Origin: Geminicoccaceae bacterium
GTDB taxonomy: Bacteria; Pseudomonadota; Alphaproteobacteria; Geminicoccales; Geminicoccaceae
Direction: 5' to 3'
DNA: 64,000 bases
Assembly: GCA_044224255.1 (NCBI GenBank)
Contig: JBGAKU010000002.1
Coordinates: 13,557 to 77,556 of the forward strand
Positions 38,217-45,903 of this stretch are shown one piece after another. The position numbers were made by a program, and so were the translations under genes. How positions within the stretch are numbered: the first letter of the stretch is position 1; each line of letters starts with the position of its first letter. The notes beneath the pieces were generated by a model that worked only from the letters and a program-made list of their open reading frames with translations, had not been told where the DNA came from and searched no databases.

Positions 38217-38894
38217 CGCGGACGGGCGGCTGGTCAGCCGGAAGACGTGCTCGGGCAGATCTGCGAGGTCCGCCACGACCGCCTCTGCCCCCAGTTCGTG
38301 CGCCGGGATGGCGGTGTAGCCGAAGCTTACCAGCACGCACGGCATCCCGGCGCCACGTGCGGCGAGGAGGTCGTTGCGGCTGTCGCCGACCATCACGGCG
38401 CGCGTCGGCGTCACGCCCAGCGCGGACAGGACCGCGGTCAGATGTGCTGGGTCGGGCTTGCGCACGCCCGGCAGGACGTCGCCGCCGACCACGGCGTCGA
38501 AGGCGTCGGCAAGCCCCAAGACCGCAAGCAGGGCGAGTGTCGGCGACTGCGGCTTGTTCGTGCACAGCCCGAGTCGGACGCCCCGGGCACGCAGCTCTGC
38601 GAGCAGCGCCCCCGCGCCTGTATAGGGCCGGCTGTGCCGGCAGGGCACCTCCGCATAGCGTTGTGTGAAGCGCCGCAGCAAATCGTCTGCCTCGGCGCGT
38701 GCGCCAACATGGGCGCCGGCGCGCTCGATCAGCACCCGCGCGCCGTCGCCGATCATCGCACGCACGGCGGCCAGATCCGGCGCCTCATGGCCGGCCTCGA
38801 GCAGCACCTCGGCCAGCACGGCATGGATGTCGGCCGCGGTGTCGATCAGCGTGCCGTCCAGGTCGAAGACCACGGCGGTGGGTCGGGTAGGCAG
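38196..38894 (-). CDS. gph: Phosphoglycolate phosphatase (HAD)
   Basis: VVFDLDGTLIDTAAD, CTNKP, RKPDPAHL, MVGDSRND; divergent from glmU. Start either CTG 38894 (GGAG 8 nt upstream) or GTG 38873. Confidence 0.88.
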   Translation of the reverse strand: MPTRPTAVVFDLDGTLIDTAADIHAVLAEVLLEAGHEAPDLAAVRAMIGDGARVLIERAGAHVGARAEADDLLRRFTQRYAEVPCRHSRPYTGAGALLAELRARGVRLGLCTNKPQSPTLALLAVLGLADAFDAVVGGDVLPGVRKPDPAHLTAVLSALGVTPTRAVMVGDSRNDLLAARGAGMPCVLVSFGYTAIPAHELGAEAVVADLADLPEHVFRLTSRPSASVAAET

Positions 38895-38985
38895 GGGACA
38901 AGCTCCGGGTTGAGCGCGAGCACGAAATCGTTAATGTTGCTGGTGGCCGAGCCACCCGACCTTGCCCAGCGGAGAAACCACAGGC

Positions 38986-40332
38986 ATGGCCGCCAGTCTA
39001 TGCGTCACCGTGCTTGCCGCCGGCAAGGGCACGCGGATGCGCAACGCGCTGCCCAAGGTCCTGCATCCGCTTGCCGGTCGGACGCTGCTTGAGCATGTGC
39101 TGGCGCTGGCGGGTGGGTTGGAACCCGCCCGAACGCTGCTCGTGCTGTCGGCGGGCATGGACAAGGTCGCCGAGGTCGCGAGGCGCACGGCGCTCGCTCC
39201 GGCGATCGTGATCCAGGAGCCGCCGCGTGGGACGGGCCATGCGCTGCAATGCTGCGTGCCATCCCTTCCCGCCGACGGCACCGTGCTCGTCCTCTTCGGC
39301 GACACCCCGCTCATCATGCCCGAGACGCTGCAGCGGCTGCTCGCGGCGCGGGCTGCGGCCGATGCGGCGGTCGCCGTCCTGGGCATGCGGCCCAGCTGCC
39401 CGGACGGCTATGGCCGGCTGCAGGTCGAGGGCGAGCGCCTGGTGGCCGTGGTCGAGGACGGCGAGGCCGGGCCGGAGCTGAAGGCGACGGCCTTGTGCAA
39501 TTCGGGCGTGATGGCCTTCGACGCGGCGCGGCTGGGCGAGCTGCTGGCCGAGCTGCCGCTCCATCCGGACAAGGGGGAGTACTACCTGACCGACACCGTG
39601 GCGGCGGCGGTGGCCCGCGGCTGGCCCTGCGTCCACGTCGAGGGCTCGGCCGAGGAGGGGCTGGGGGTGAACTCCCAGGCGCAGCTCGCCCAGGTCCGCG
39701 AGGTCGTCCAGGAGCGACTGCGCGCGCGGCTGCTCGAGCAGGGTGCCATCCTCGAGGCGCCGGCGACGGTCCAGCTCTCCTGGGACAGTGAGATCGGCCC
39801 CGGTGCCGTGGTCGAGCCCTATGTCGTCCTCGGTCCCGGTGTGCGGATCGGCGCCGGTGCCCGCATCCACAGCTTCTCCTATCTGGAGCGCTCGACCGTC
39901 GCCGAGCGCGCCGAGATCGGCCCGTTCGCCCGCCTCCGGCCGGGCTCGGAGATCGGCGAGGCGGCCAAGGTCGGCAATTTCGTCGAGACCAAGAACACCA
40001 AGCTGGCGCCGGGGGCGAAGGCCAGCCATCTGAGCTATCTCGGCGACACGAGCGTCGGTGCCGGGGCCAACATCGGCGCCGGCACGATCACCTGCAACTA
40101 TGACGGCTTCGGCAAGTACCCGACCGAGATCGGGGCCGGGGCGTTCATCGGCTCGAACACGGCGCTGGTGGCCCCGGTCACGGTGGGCGACGGTGCGATC
40201 GTGGCGGCCGGCAGCACCATCACGCAGGCCGTGCCGGCCGATGGGTTCGCCGTGGCCCGGGCCCGGCAGGAGACCCGCCCCGGACGGGCCCAGCGGCTGC
40301 GGCAGAAGCTGCGGCAGAGAAAGGAGACTTGA
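38986..40332 (+). CDS. glmU: Bifunctional UDP-GlcNAc pyrophosphorylase / GlcN-1-P acetyltransferase
   Basis: VLAAGKGTRM..PKVLH, GTGHA, GDTPL, GYGR, EYYLTD, GPFARLRP, GNFVETK, HLSYLGD, CNYDG. Confidence 0.97.
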   Translation: MAASLCVTVLAAGKGTRMRNALPKVLHPLAGRTLLEHVLALAGGLEPARTLLVLSAGMDKVAEVARRTALAPAIVIQEPPRGTGHALQCCVPSLPADGTVLVLFGDTPLIMPETLQRLLAARAAADAAVAVLGMRPSCPDGYGRLQVEGERLVAVVEDGEAGPELKATALCNSGVMAFDAARLGELLAELPLHPDKGEYYLTDTVAAAVARGWPCVHVEGSAEEGLGVNSQAQLAQVREVVQERLRARLLEQGAILEAPATVQLSWDSEIGPGAVVEPYVVLGPGVRIGAGARIHSFSYLERSTVAERAEIGPFARLRPGSEIGEAAKVGNFVETKNTKLAPGAKASHLSYLGDTSVGAGANIGAGTITCNYDGFGKYPTEIGAGAFIGSNTALVAPVTVGDGAIVAAGSTITQAVPADGFAVARARQETRPGRAQRLRQKLRQRKET

Positions 40333-41393
40333 GCTTGGAGCTGGCGGCAACGCGGAACGCCGGGCGCTTCCCGATCGCGAGGCGGCTCACGGCGACCGTC
40401 CTGCTGGTGCTCGGCCTCGCGTCGGCCGGCGCTCGTGCCGACAGCCTGGGTGACGTGAGGACGGGCAACGCCGCCTTCGCCGATGGCCGCTACGAGGCGG
40501 CCGTGGACGCGTTCGGCCGTGCGATCCTGGCCGGCGACCTCAACCACGAGGCCTTGGCGATCACCTTCAACAACCGTGGCGTCGCCTACAGCGAGCTCGG
40601 CGACTACGACCGCGCCATCGCCGACTATGGACAGGCTCTGGCCCTGGTCCCGGGCGATGCGACGGCGATCCGCAACCTGAGGATCGCCTATGTCCGCCGT
40701 GCCGCGGCTTCGGCCCGGCTCGGCGACCGGGCCGCGGCGATGGCCGACTATGACCGGGCGATCGAGCTGGAGCCGACGCATCCGCTGGCCTATCTGCGGC
40801 GCGGGCAGCTCGCGCTGGAGCGCGGCGATCGGGATGCCGCGATCGCGGACCTGACCCGCGCGCGCGATCTCGACCCGCAGAACACGGACATCGCCGGGCT
40901 CCTGGCCGCGGCCGAGCGCATGCCCGCGGCTACCGCCCAGGCCGAGCCGCCGCAAGCGGCGGCCACAGCGACGGAGGCGATCGCGCCGCCGCTGCAGTCG
41001 GTCGAGCCGGCCGCGGAGCCTCCTGTGCAGCCAGCGGAGCCCCCTGTGCAGACGGTGGCGCCTGCGGAGCCGGCCAGCCCGCCGGCGCCGCAGGCGGGCG
41101 ACTACTCGATCGAGCCGTCTCCGGACCAGGCCCAGCCGGCGCCATCGGCTGGGCCCGCGATGACCGTGGCCGTCGGCGGGGCAGGCCGGCCGTTCCAGGC
41201 CCTGGCCGACGTCAATGTCCGGCAGGGGCCGGGCAACGCCTATCCGCGGGTCGCCACGCTGCCGGTGGGCAGCACGGCGATGGTGACCAGCGAGCGGCTG
41301 GGCTGGCTGGAGATCCGCCTCGAGGGTGGCACGGGCTGGGTCTACCGCAAATGGCTGCGTGATCTGGGCGCGGCCGGTGCGGCCCCGCCGTGA
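40329..41393 (+). CDS. Exported TPR protein with Pro-rich linker and C-terminal SH3b domain
   Basis: Signal peptide; TPRs (NNRGVAYSELGDYDRAIADY); AEPPVQP repeats; VNVRQGPG..GWLEIRL..GWVY. TTGA overlap with glmU stop. Confidence 0.82.
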   Translation: MSLELAATRNAGRFPIARRLTATVLLVLGLASAGARADSLGDVRTGNAAFADGRYEAAVDAFGRAILAGDLNHEALAITFNNRGVAYSELGDYDRAIADYGQALALVPGDATAIRNLRIAYVRRAAASARLGDRAAAMADYDRAIELEPTHPLAYLRRGQLALERGDRDAAIADLTRARDLDPQNTDIAGLLAAAERMPAATAQAEPPQAAATATEAIAPPLQSVEPAAEPPVQPAEPPVQTVAPAEPASPPAPQAGDYSIEPSPDQAQPAPSAGPAMTVAVGGAGRPFQALADVNVRQGPGNAYPRVATLPVGSTAMVTSERLGWLEIRLEGGTGWVYRKWLRDLGAAGAAPP

Positions 41394-41587
41394 GGCGCAC
41401 CGGTCACAGCTTGTGCTGTAAATCGCCAGCTCAACTGTAGGTATAGAGTGCCATCATTTTTCCCTTCAGTGAGCGCCGCGTTTGGGTTAAGTGTATTGTT
41501 AACGTACTTGGTTAAGATGCACTGATAGGTGCCTGCCCCTGGGGACTCTCCGGGAACGCGGCGGGTAGCCGCCGTGGGATCGGGACG

Positions 41588-42886
41588 ATGGGCTGGGGCA
41601 GACGGCTGGTTTGGTTCCTTCTCGTCGTGGTGGTGCTTGGCGCCCCGGGCGCGGCTTCGGCCCGGCAGGAGGCGTCGATCCTGGTCGATCACGAGAGCGG
41701 TGCCGTCCTAGTCGCGCGCAATGCGGACGAATCGGTGATCCCCGCCTCGCTCACCAAGATGATGACGCTTTATCTGACCTTCCGGGCGCTCGAGGCCGGC
41801 CAGATCGACCTGTCCTCGCGCATCAAGGTGTCCAGCCGTGCCGCGGCGATGCCGCCGACCAAGCTCGGCCTGACGCCGGGCGGCACGATCGAGGTCGAGG
41901 ACGCGATCCTGGGGCTGGTGACGCGCTCCGCCAACGACGCGGCATCCGTGCTGGCCGAGGCGCTCGGCGGCAGCGAGGACCGCTTCGCCATGGCGATGAC
42001 CCGGACGGCGCGCAAGCTCGGCATGACCCGCACCGTGTTCCGCAACGCGTCCGGCCTGCCCAACGGCGAGCAGCGGACGACGGCACGGGACCTCGCCAGG
42101 CTGGCGTCGCGTCTGATCAGTGACTATCCCGGCTACTATCGCTACTTTGCGAGCCGCAGCTTCAGCTATCGTGGGCGCAGTCATCCCAACCACAACCGGC
42201 TGCTCGGCGTCTATCCAGGCATGGACGGCCTGAAGACCGGCTATACCCGCGCGTCGGGCTTCAATCTCGCCGCCTCGGCGGTGCGCGACGGGCGGCGGCT
42301 GGTTGCCGTGGTGGTCGGCGGTCGCACGGCGGGTGCCCGCGATGCGGCCATGGTCGACCTGCTCGATCTCGGGTTCGAGCGCGTCCGGCGGCGCGATCCG
42401 GTGCTGGTCGCCGCCAAGGAGGCCGAGCCGCCGCCGCCCAAGTCGCAGCCGGGCGAGCGCGAGATCGTGGTCGCGAGTCTCGACACCACCGCCTCCGACG
42501 CCGTCGTCGCGGTGCCCTCGACGCGCCCGAGGACGGTCTCGAGCCAGCGCGCGGTCAAGGCGTCGGCAAAGCCCAAGAAGGCGGCCGCCAAGGCCAAGGC
42601 GACCAAGCGCGCCGCCAAGGGCGCCTATGCCATCCAGGTCGGCGCCTTCCGGGCGCAGTCGCAGGCCAGGACGGCGATGAAGCAGGCGGTCAAGCTGGCG
42701 CCGGACGTGCTGCGCGGCACGGCGCCGAGCATGGCGGCGCAGAAGGTGCGCAAGCAGACCCTCTACAAGGCACTCCTGGCCGGCCTGTCGCGGCCGGACG
42801 CGGAAGCGGCGTGCCGGCAGTTGAAGAAGCGCAAGCAGGACTGCATGGTGATCCGCGTAGCGCCGCTCACGGTGGCGGGCGGCTGA
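41588..42886 (+). CDS. D-alanyl-D-alanine carboxypeptidase (S11) with C-terminal SPOR domain
   Basis: PASLTKMMT (SxxK), SAND, FRNASGLP, DGLKTGY; YAIQVGAF..AEAACRQLK..QDCMV SPOR domain. Confidence 0.93.
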   Translation: MGWGRRLVWFLLVVVVLGAPGAASARQEASILVDHESGAVLVARNADESVIPASLTKMMTLYLTFRALEAGQIDLSSRIKVSSRAAAMPPTKLGLTPGGTIEVEDAILGLVTRSANDAASVLAEALGGSEDRFAMAMTRTARKLGMTRTVFRNASGLPNGEQRTTARDLARLASRLISDYPGYYRYFASRSFSYRGRSHPNHNRLLGVYPGMDGLKTGYTRASGFNLAASAVRDGRRLVAVVVGGRTAGARDAAMVDLLDLGFERVRRRDPVLVAAKEAEPPPPKSQPGEREIVVASLDTTASDAVVAVPSTRPRTVSSQRAVKASAKPKKAAAKAKATKRAAKGAYAIQVGAFRAQSQARTAMKQAVKLAPDVLRGTAPSMAAQKVRKQTLYKALLAGLSRPDAEAACRQLKKRKQDCMVIRVAPLTVAGG

Positions 42887-43014
42887 GCCGCCGCCCGGGG
42901 CTCCCTCGACCGGTGGTCGCGTCGTGGCCGGAAGGGGGCGGAGCGGTGGCGAGGGGCTGAACTGGCCGAAGGGCGTGGCGCGGTTGCCCTCGGCGAGGCT
43001 GGGGAGCGATCGCC

Positions 43015-43329
43015 ATGGATGGCAGGCTGCAGGTCAGTTTCCATGGAATGGAGACTTCGGCGGCACTCGAGGCGCGGATTCGCGAGCGCTTCGAGCAGCT
43101 CGAGCGCCGCTGCCCGGGCCTGACGCTCTGCCGCGTGTCGATCGAGAAAGAGAGCCGCCACCATCGCACCGGCAACCAGTTCCGGGTCGGCCTTCTGCTG
43201 CACAGGCGGGGCCGCGACATTGTCGCGGGCAAGGGCAACGCCAAGGATCAAGGCCACGCCGACGTTTATGCCGCGCTGCGTGACAGCTTCGATTCCGCGG
43301 AGCGGCAGCTGGAAGAGCTCGAGCGCTGA
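43015..43329 (+). CDS. HPF/RaiA family ribosome-associated protein
   Basis: LQVSFHGMETSAALEARIRE..CRVSIE..HH..G..F..DVYAALRDSFDSAERQL. Confidence 0.82.
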   Translation: MDGRLQVSFHGMETSAALEARIRERFEQLERRCPGLTLCRVSIEKESRHHRTGNQFRVGLLLHRRGRDIVAGKGNAKDQGHADVYAALRDSFDSAERQLEELER

Positions 43330-43338
43330 GCGGCCACA

Positions 43339-44100
43339 ATGCCCGGGCTGAAGGGCGCCGTCCTGGTGACCGGCGCCGCCCGGCGCCTCGGCGCCGCCAT
43401 GGCCTGGGCGATGGCGGAGGACGGGTTCGACGTGGCGATCCATTGCCGCGGCTCGCTCGCGGACGCGGAGGCGCTGGCGCGGCGGATCGAGGCGCTCGGC
43501 CGGCGGGCCGCCGTGGTCGTCGCGGATCTGGAGCGCGAGAGCGAGGTCGAGCGCGTGGTCGAGGAGGCATGCGTGGCACTCGGCCCGCTCGCGATCCTGG
43601 TGAACAACGCCTCGACCTTCGTTCTCGACCGTCTCGCCACCGCCGATCGCGCTTCCTGGGATCGGCATCTCGAGACCAATCTGCGGGCACCGATCGTCCT
43701 CAGCCAGCGCTTCGTCGCCCAGCTCGGCCCGGCTGGCCGCGGCCTGATCGTCAACCTGCTCGATCAGCGGATCGGCAACCTGACCCCGAACTTCCTGTCC
43801 TACAGCATCGCCAAGGCGGGGCTCTGGGCGGCGACGCAGGTTCTTGCCCGTGAGCTGGCGCCACGGGTGCGCGTCAACGGCATCAGTCCGGGGCCCGTGC
43901 TGCCTGCGCCCGGCACGGCGCAGGCGCGCTTCGACGAGCTGGTGCGCGCGACGCCGCTCGGCATCGCCACCACGCCGAAGGAGATCGCCAACGCGCTGCG
44001 CTTCATCGTCGCCAGCCCGACCATGACCGGGCAGGTGATCACGCTCGACAGCGGCCAGCAGCTGGGCTGGCTCACTCCGGAATCGCCGCAGCTCGACTGA
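43339..44100 (+). CDS. SDR oxidoreductase (pteridine reductase/FolM-like)
   Basis: LVTGAARRLG, LVNNASTF, NLLDQR, YSIAK, VRVNGISPG, MTGQVITLDSG. Confidence 0.88.
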   Translation: MPGLKGAVLVTGAARRLGAAMAWAMAEDGFDVAIHCRGSLADAEALARRIEALGRRAAVVVADLERESEVERVVEEACVALGPLAILVNNASTFVLDRLATADRASWDRHLETNLRAPIVLSQRFVAQLGPAGRGLIVNLLDQRIGNLTPNFLSYSIAKAGLWAATQVLARELAPRVRVNGISPGPVLPAPGTAQARFDELVRATPLGIATTPKEIANALRFIVASPTMTGQVITLDSGQQLGWLTPESPQLD

Positions 44101-44230
44101 GCGAGGGCAGCCAGTGGCCGACGACGATGACGCGCTCGATCGTGCCGAATCCTTCGTCGATCATTCGTCGCCTCCCTGGCGCCGGCCGCGGCGACTGCCC
44201 AGATTCGACGAGGCAGTCGGGGAGACCGTG

Positions 44231-44566
44231 ATGCAGGATTGGCTGGTGCCGCTGGACCGGATCATGGCGGATCTGGCGGAGGAGCCGGAAGGCAAACGTT
44301 TCACCTACCCGATCCGCCACGGCAGCATGCGGGTCGGCGTCTACGCGCCGAGGGGGCGCGACCCCCAGTCGCCGCACGAGCAGGACGAGATCTATATCGT
44401 CATCGCCGGCAGCGGCACCTTCGTGAAGGGCGGCGAGCGCCGGCCGTTCGGCCCCGGCGACGTGATCTTCGTGGAGGCCGGGATCGAGCACCGCTTCGAG
44501 GAGTTCGGGGACGACTTCGCGACCTGGGTGGTGTTCTGGGGGCCCAAGGGAGGCGAGGCGGCGTGA
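44231..44566 (+). CDS. Cupin domain protein
   Basis: PQSPHEQDEIYIVIAGSG..GDVIFVEAGIEHRFE..WVVFWGP; GGAG RBS. Confidence 0.85.
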   Translation: MQDWLVPLDRIMADLAEEPEGKRFTYPIRHGSMRVGVYAPRGRDPQSPHEQDEIYIVIAGSGTFVKGGERRPFGPGDVIFVEAGIEHRFEEFGDDFATWVVFWGPKGGEAA

Positions 44567-45330
44567 AGCCCCAGGCGCAGGACCGCGGGCAGGGCAGGGC
44601 GCTGCCCCCACCGCTGTGGCTGGTGGACCGGCTGCTCTATCGCGACGGGCTGATCCTGATCATCGACAAGCCTGCCGGCGTGCCGGTGCATGCCGGTCCG
44701 GGTGGCGGCATCAATCTGGAGCACTATTTCGAGGCGCTGCGCTTCGGCCTGCCGCAGCCGCCCTCGCTCGCGCATCGCCTGGACCGCGATACCAGCGGTT
44801 GCCTGGTGCTCGGCCGGCATCGCAAGGCGCTGGCGCGGGTGGGGCGGCTGTTCCAGCAAGGTGCCGTCGAGAAGGTCTACTGGGCCGTGGTGCATGGCCG
44901 CCCGAAGGAGGCGGAGGGCACGGTCGATCTGGCCTTGCGCAAGCGCTCCGAGGTGCGCGGCTGGTGGATGGAGGCCGACCCCGCCGGCCAGACCGCCCGC
45001 ACCGACTATCGCCTGCTCGGCGAAGGCGGCGGCCTGAGCTGGCTGGAATGCCGACCGCGCACCGGGCGCACCCATCAGATCCGCGTGCACTGCGCGAGCC
45101 TGGGATGCCCGATCCTCGGGGATCCGGTCTACGGCGAGCGCAGCTCCGCTCCGCTGCCGCCCCTGCATCTGCATGCGCGCTCGATCGCCCTGCCGCTGTA
45201 TGCGAACCGCGCGCACGTCATGACCACGTCACCGCCACCGCCACATATGTTGGAGGCGCTGCTCGGTTGCGGCTATGTGGCTGAGGTGCCGTCCGAAGCG
45301 GACCGTGCTGGAACCCGAAGCGGGGAGTGA
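44563..45330 (+). CDS. RluA family RNA pseudouridine synthase
   Basis: IIDKPAGVPVH, HRLDRDTSG, KVYWAVV, TGRTHQIRVH, ILGDPVYG, LHLHA; GTGA overlap with cupin stop. Confidence 0.93.
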   Translation: MKPQAQDRGQGRALPPPLWLVDRLLYRDGLILIIDKPAGVPVHAGPGGGINLEHYFEALRFGLPQPPSLAHRLDRDTSGCLVLGRHRKALARVGRLFQQGAVEKVYWAVVHGRPKEAEGTVDLALRKRSEVRGWWMEADPAGQTARTDYRLLGEGGGLSWLECRPRTGRTHQIRVHCASLGCPILGDPVYGERSSAPLPPLHLHARSIALPLYANRAHVMTTSPPPPHMLEALLGCGYVAEVPSEADRAGTRSGE

Positions 45331-45333
45331 CCC

Positions 45334-45597
45334 ATGTTCAGCCTGATCGTCAGCCTGATCGTCGCCGGCGTCGCCGGCTGGCTCGCCGGCAACATCATGA
45401 AGGCGCAGCCGCTGCAGATCGGCGGCAGCCCGATCATCGGCAACATCCTACTCGGCCTGATCGGAGGCTTCGTCGGCCGGGCGATGCTGTGGGTGATCGG
45501 CTTCGGCGCCAGCGGCCTCGTGGGCGGCCTGATCGCCGCGGTGCTGGGCGCGATCGTGGTGATCTACGTCGTCGACTACCTGCAGAAGAAGAGCTGA
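45334..45597 (+). CDS. GlsB/YeaQ/YmgE transglycosylase-associated membrane protein
   Basis: GVAGWLAG..GNILLGLIGGFVG..AVLGAIV; three TM helices. Confidence 0.88.
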   Translation: MFSLIVSLIVAGVAGWLAGNIMKAQPLQIGGSPIIGNILLGLIGGFVGRAMLWVIGFGASGLVGGLIAAVLGAIVVIYVVDYLQKKS

Positions 45598-45639
45598 TGG
45601 CCCGACCGGGCGGGTGGTGGCGGCCCGCCCCGGTCGCGG

Positions 45640-45834
45640 TCAGCCGGCCTTCTGGTCGTTGTTGTTGTTGGTGGTGGTCACGACGGGGCTGGTCTCCTCG
45701 TCCTTGAGGCCCGCCTTGAAGCTCTTGATGCCCTTGGCGACGTCGCCCATGACGCGCGGGATCTTCCCGGCGCCGAACAGGATGACGACGATCAAGAGGA
45801 CGACGATCCAGTGCCACGCGCTGGTGAAACCCAT
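45640..45834 (-). CDS. tatA: Twin-arginine translocase TatA/TatE subunit
   Basis: [41 protein letters not shown]. Confidence 0.95.
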   Translation of the reverse strand: MGFTSAWHWIVVLLIVVILFGAGKIPRVMGDVAKGIKSFKAGLKDEETSPVVTTTNNNNDQKAG

Positions 45835-45903
45835 CGATGCTCTCCGTAACGGCCCGCCCCTATCTAGTGCGCCCGTGTCGCGGTGCCAACAGCGGGCGGG
45901 CAC

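Noticed and set aside
44114-44230. N-terminal extension of the cupin ORF or remnant of a lost gene such as folB
   Set aside because: No recognisable motif; a better RBS and start lie at 44228-44231.
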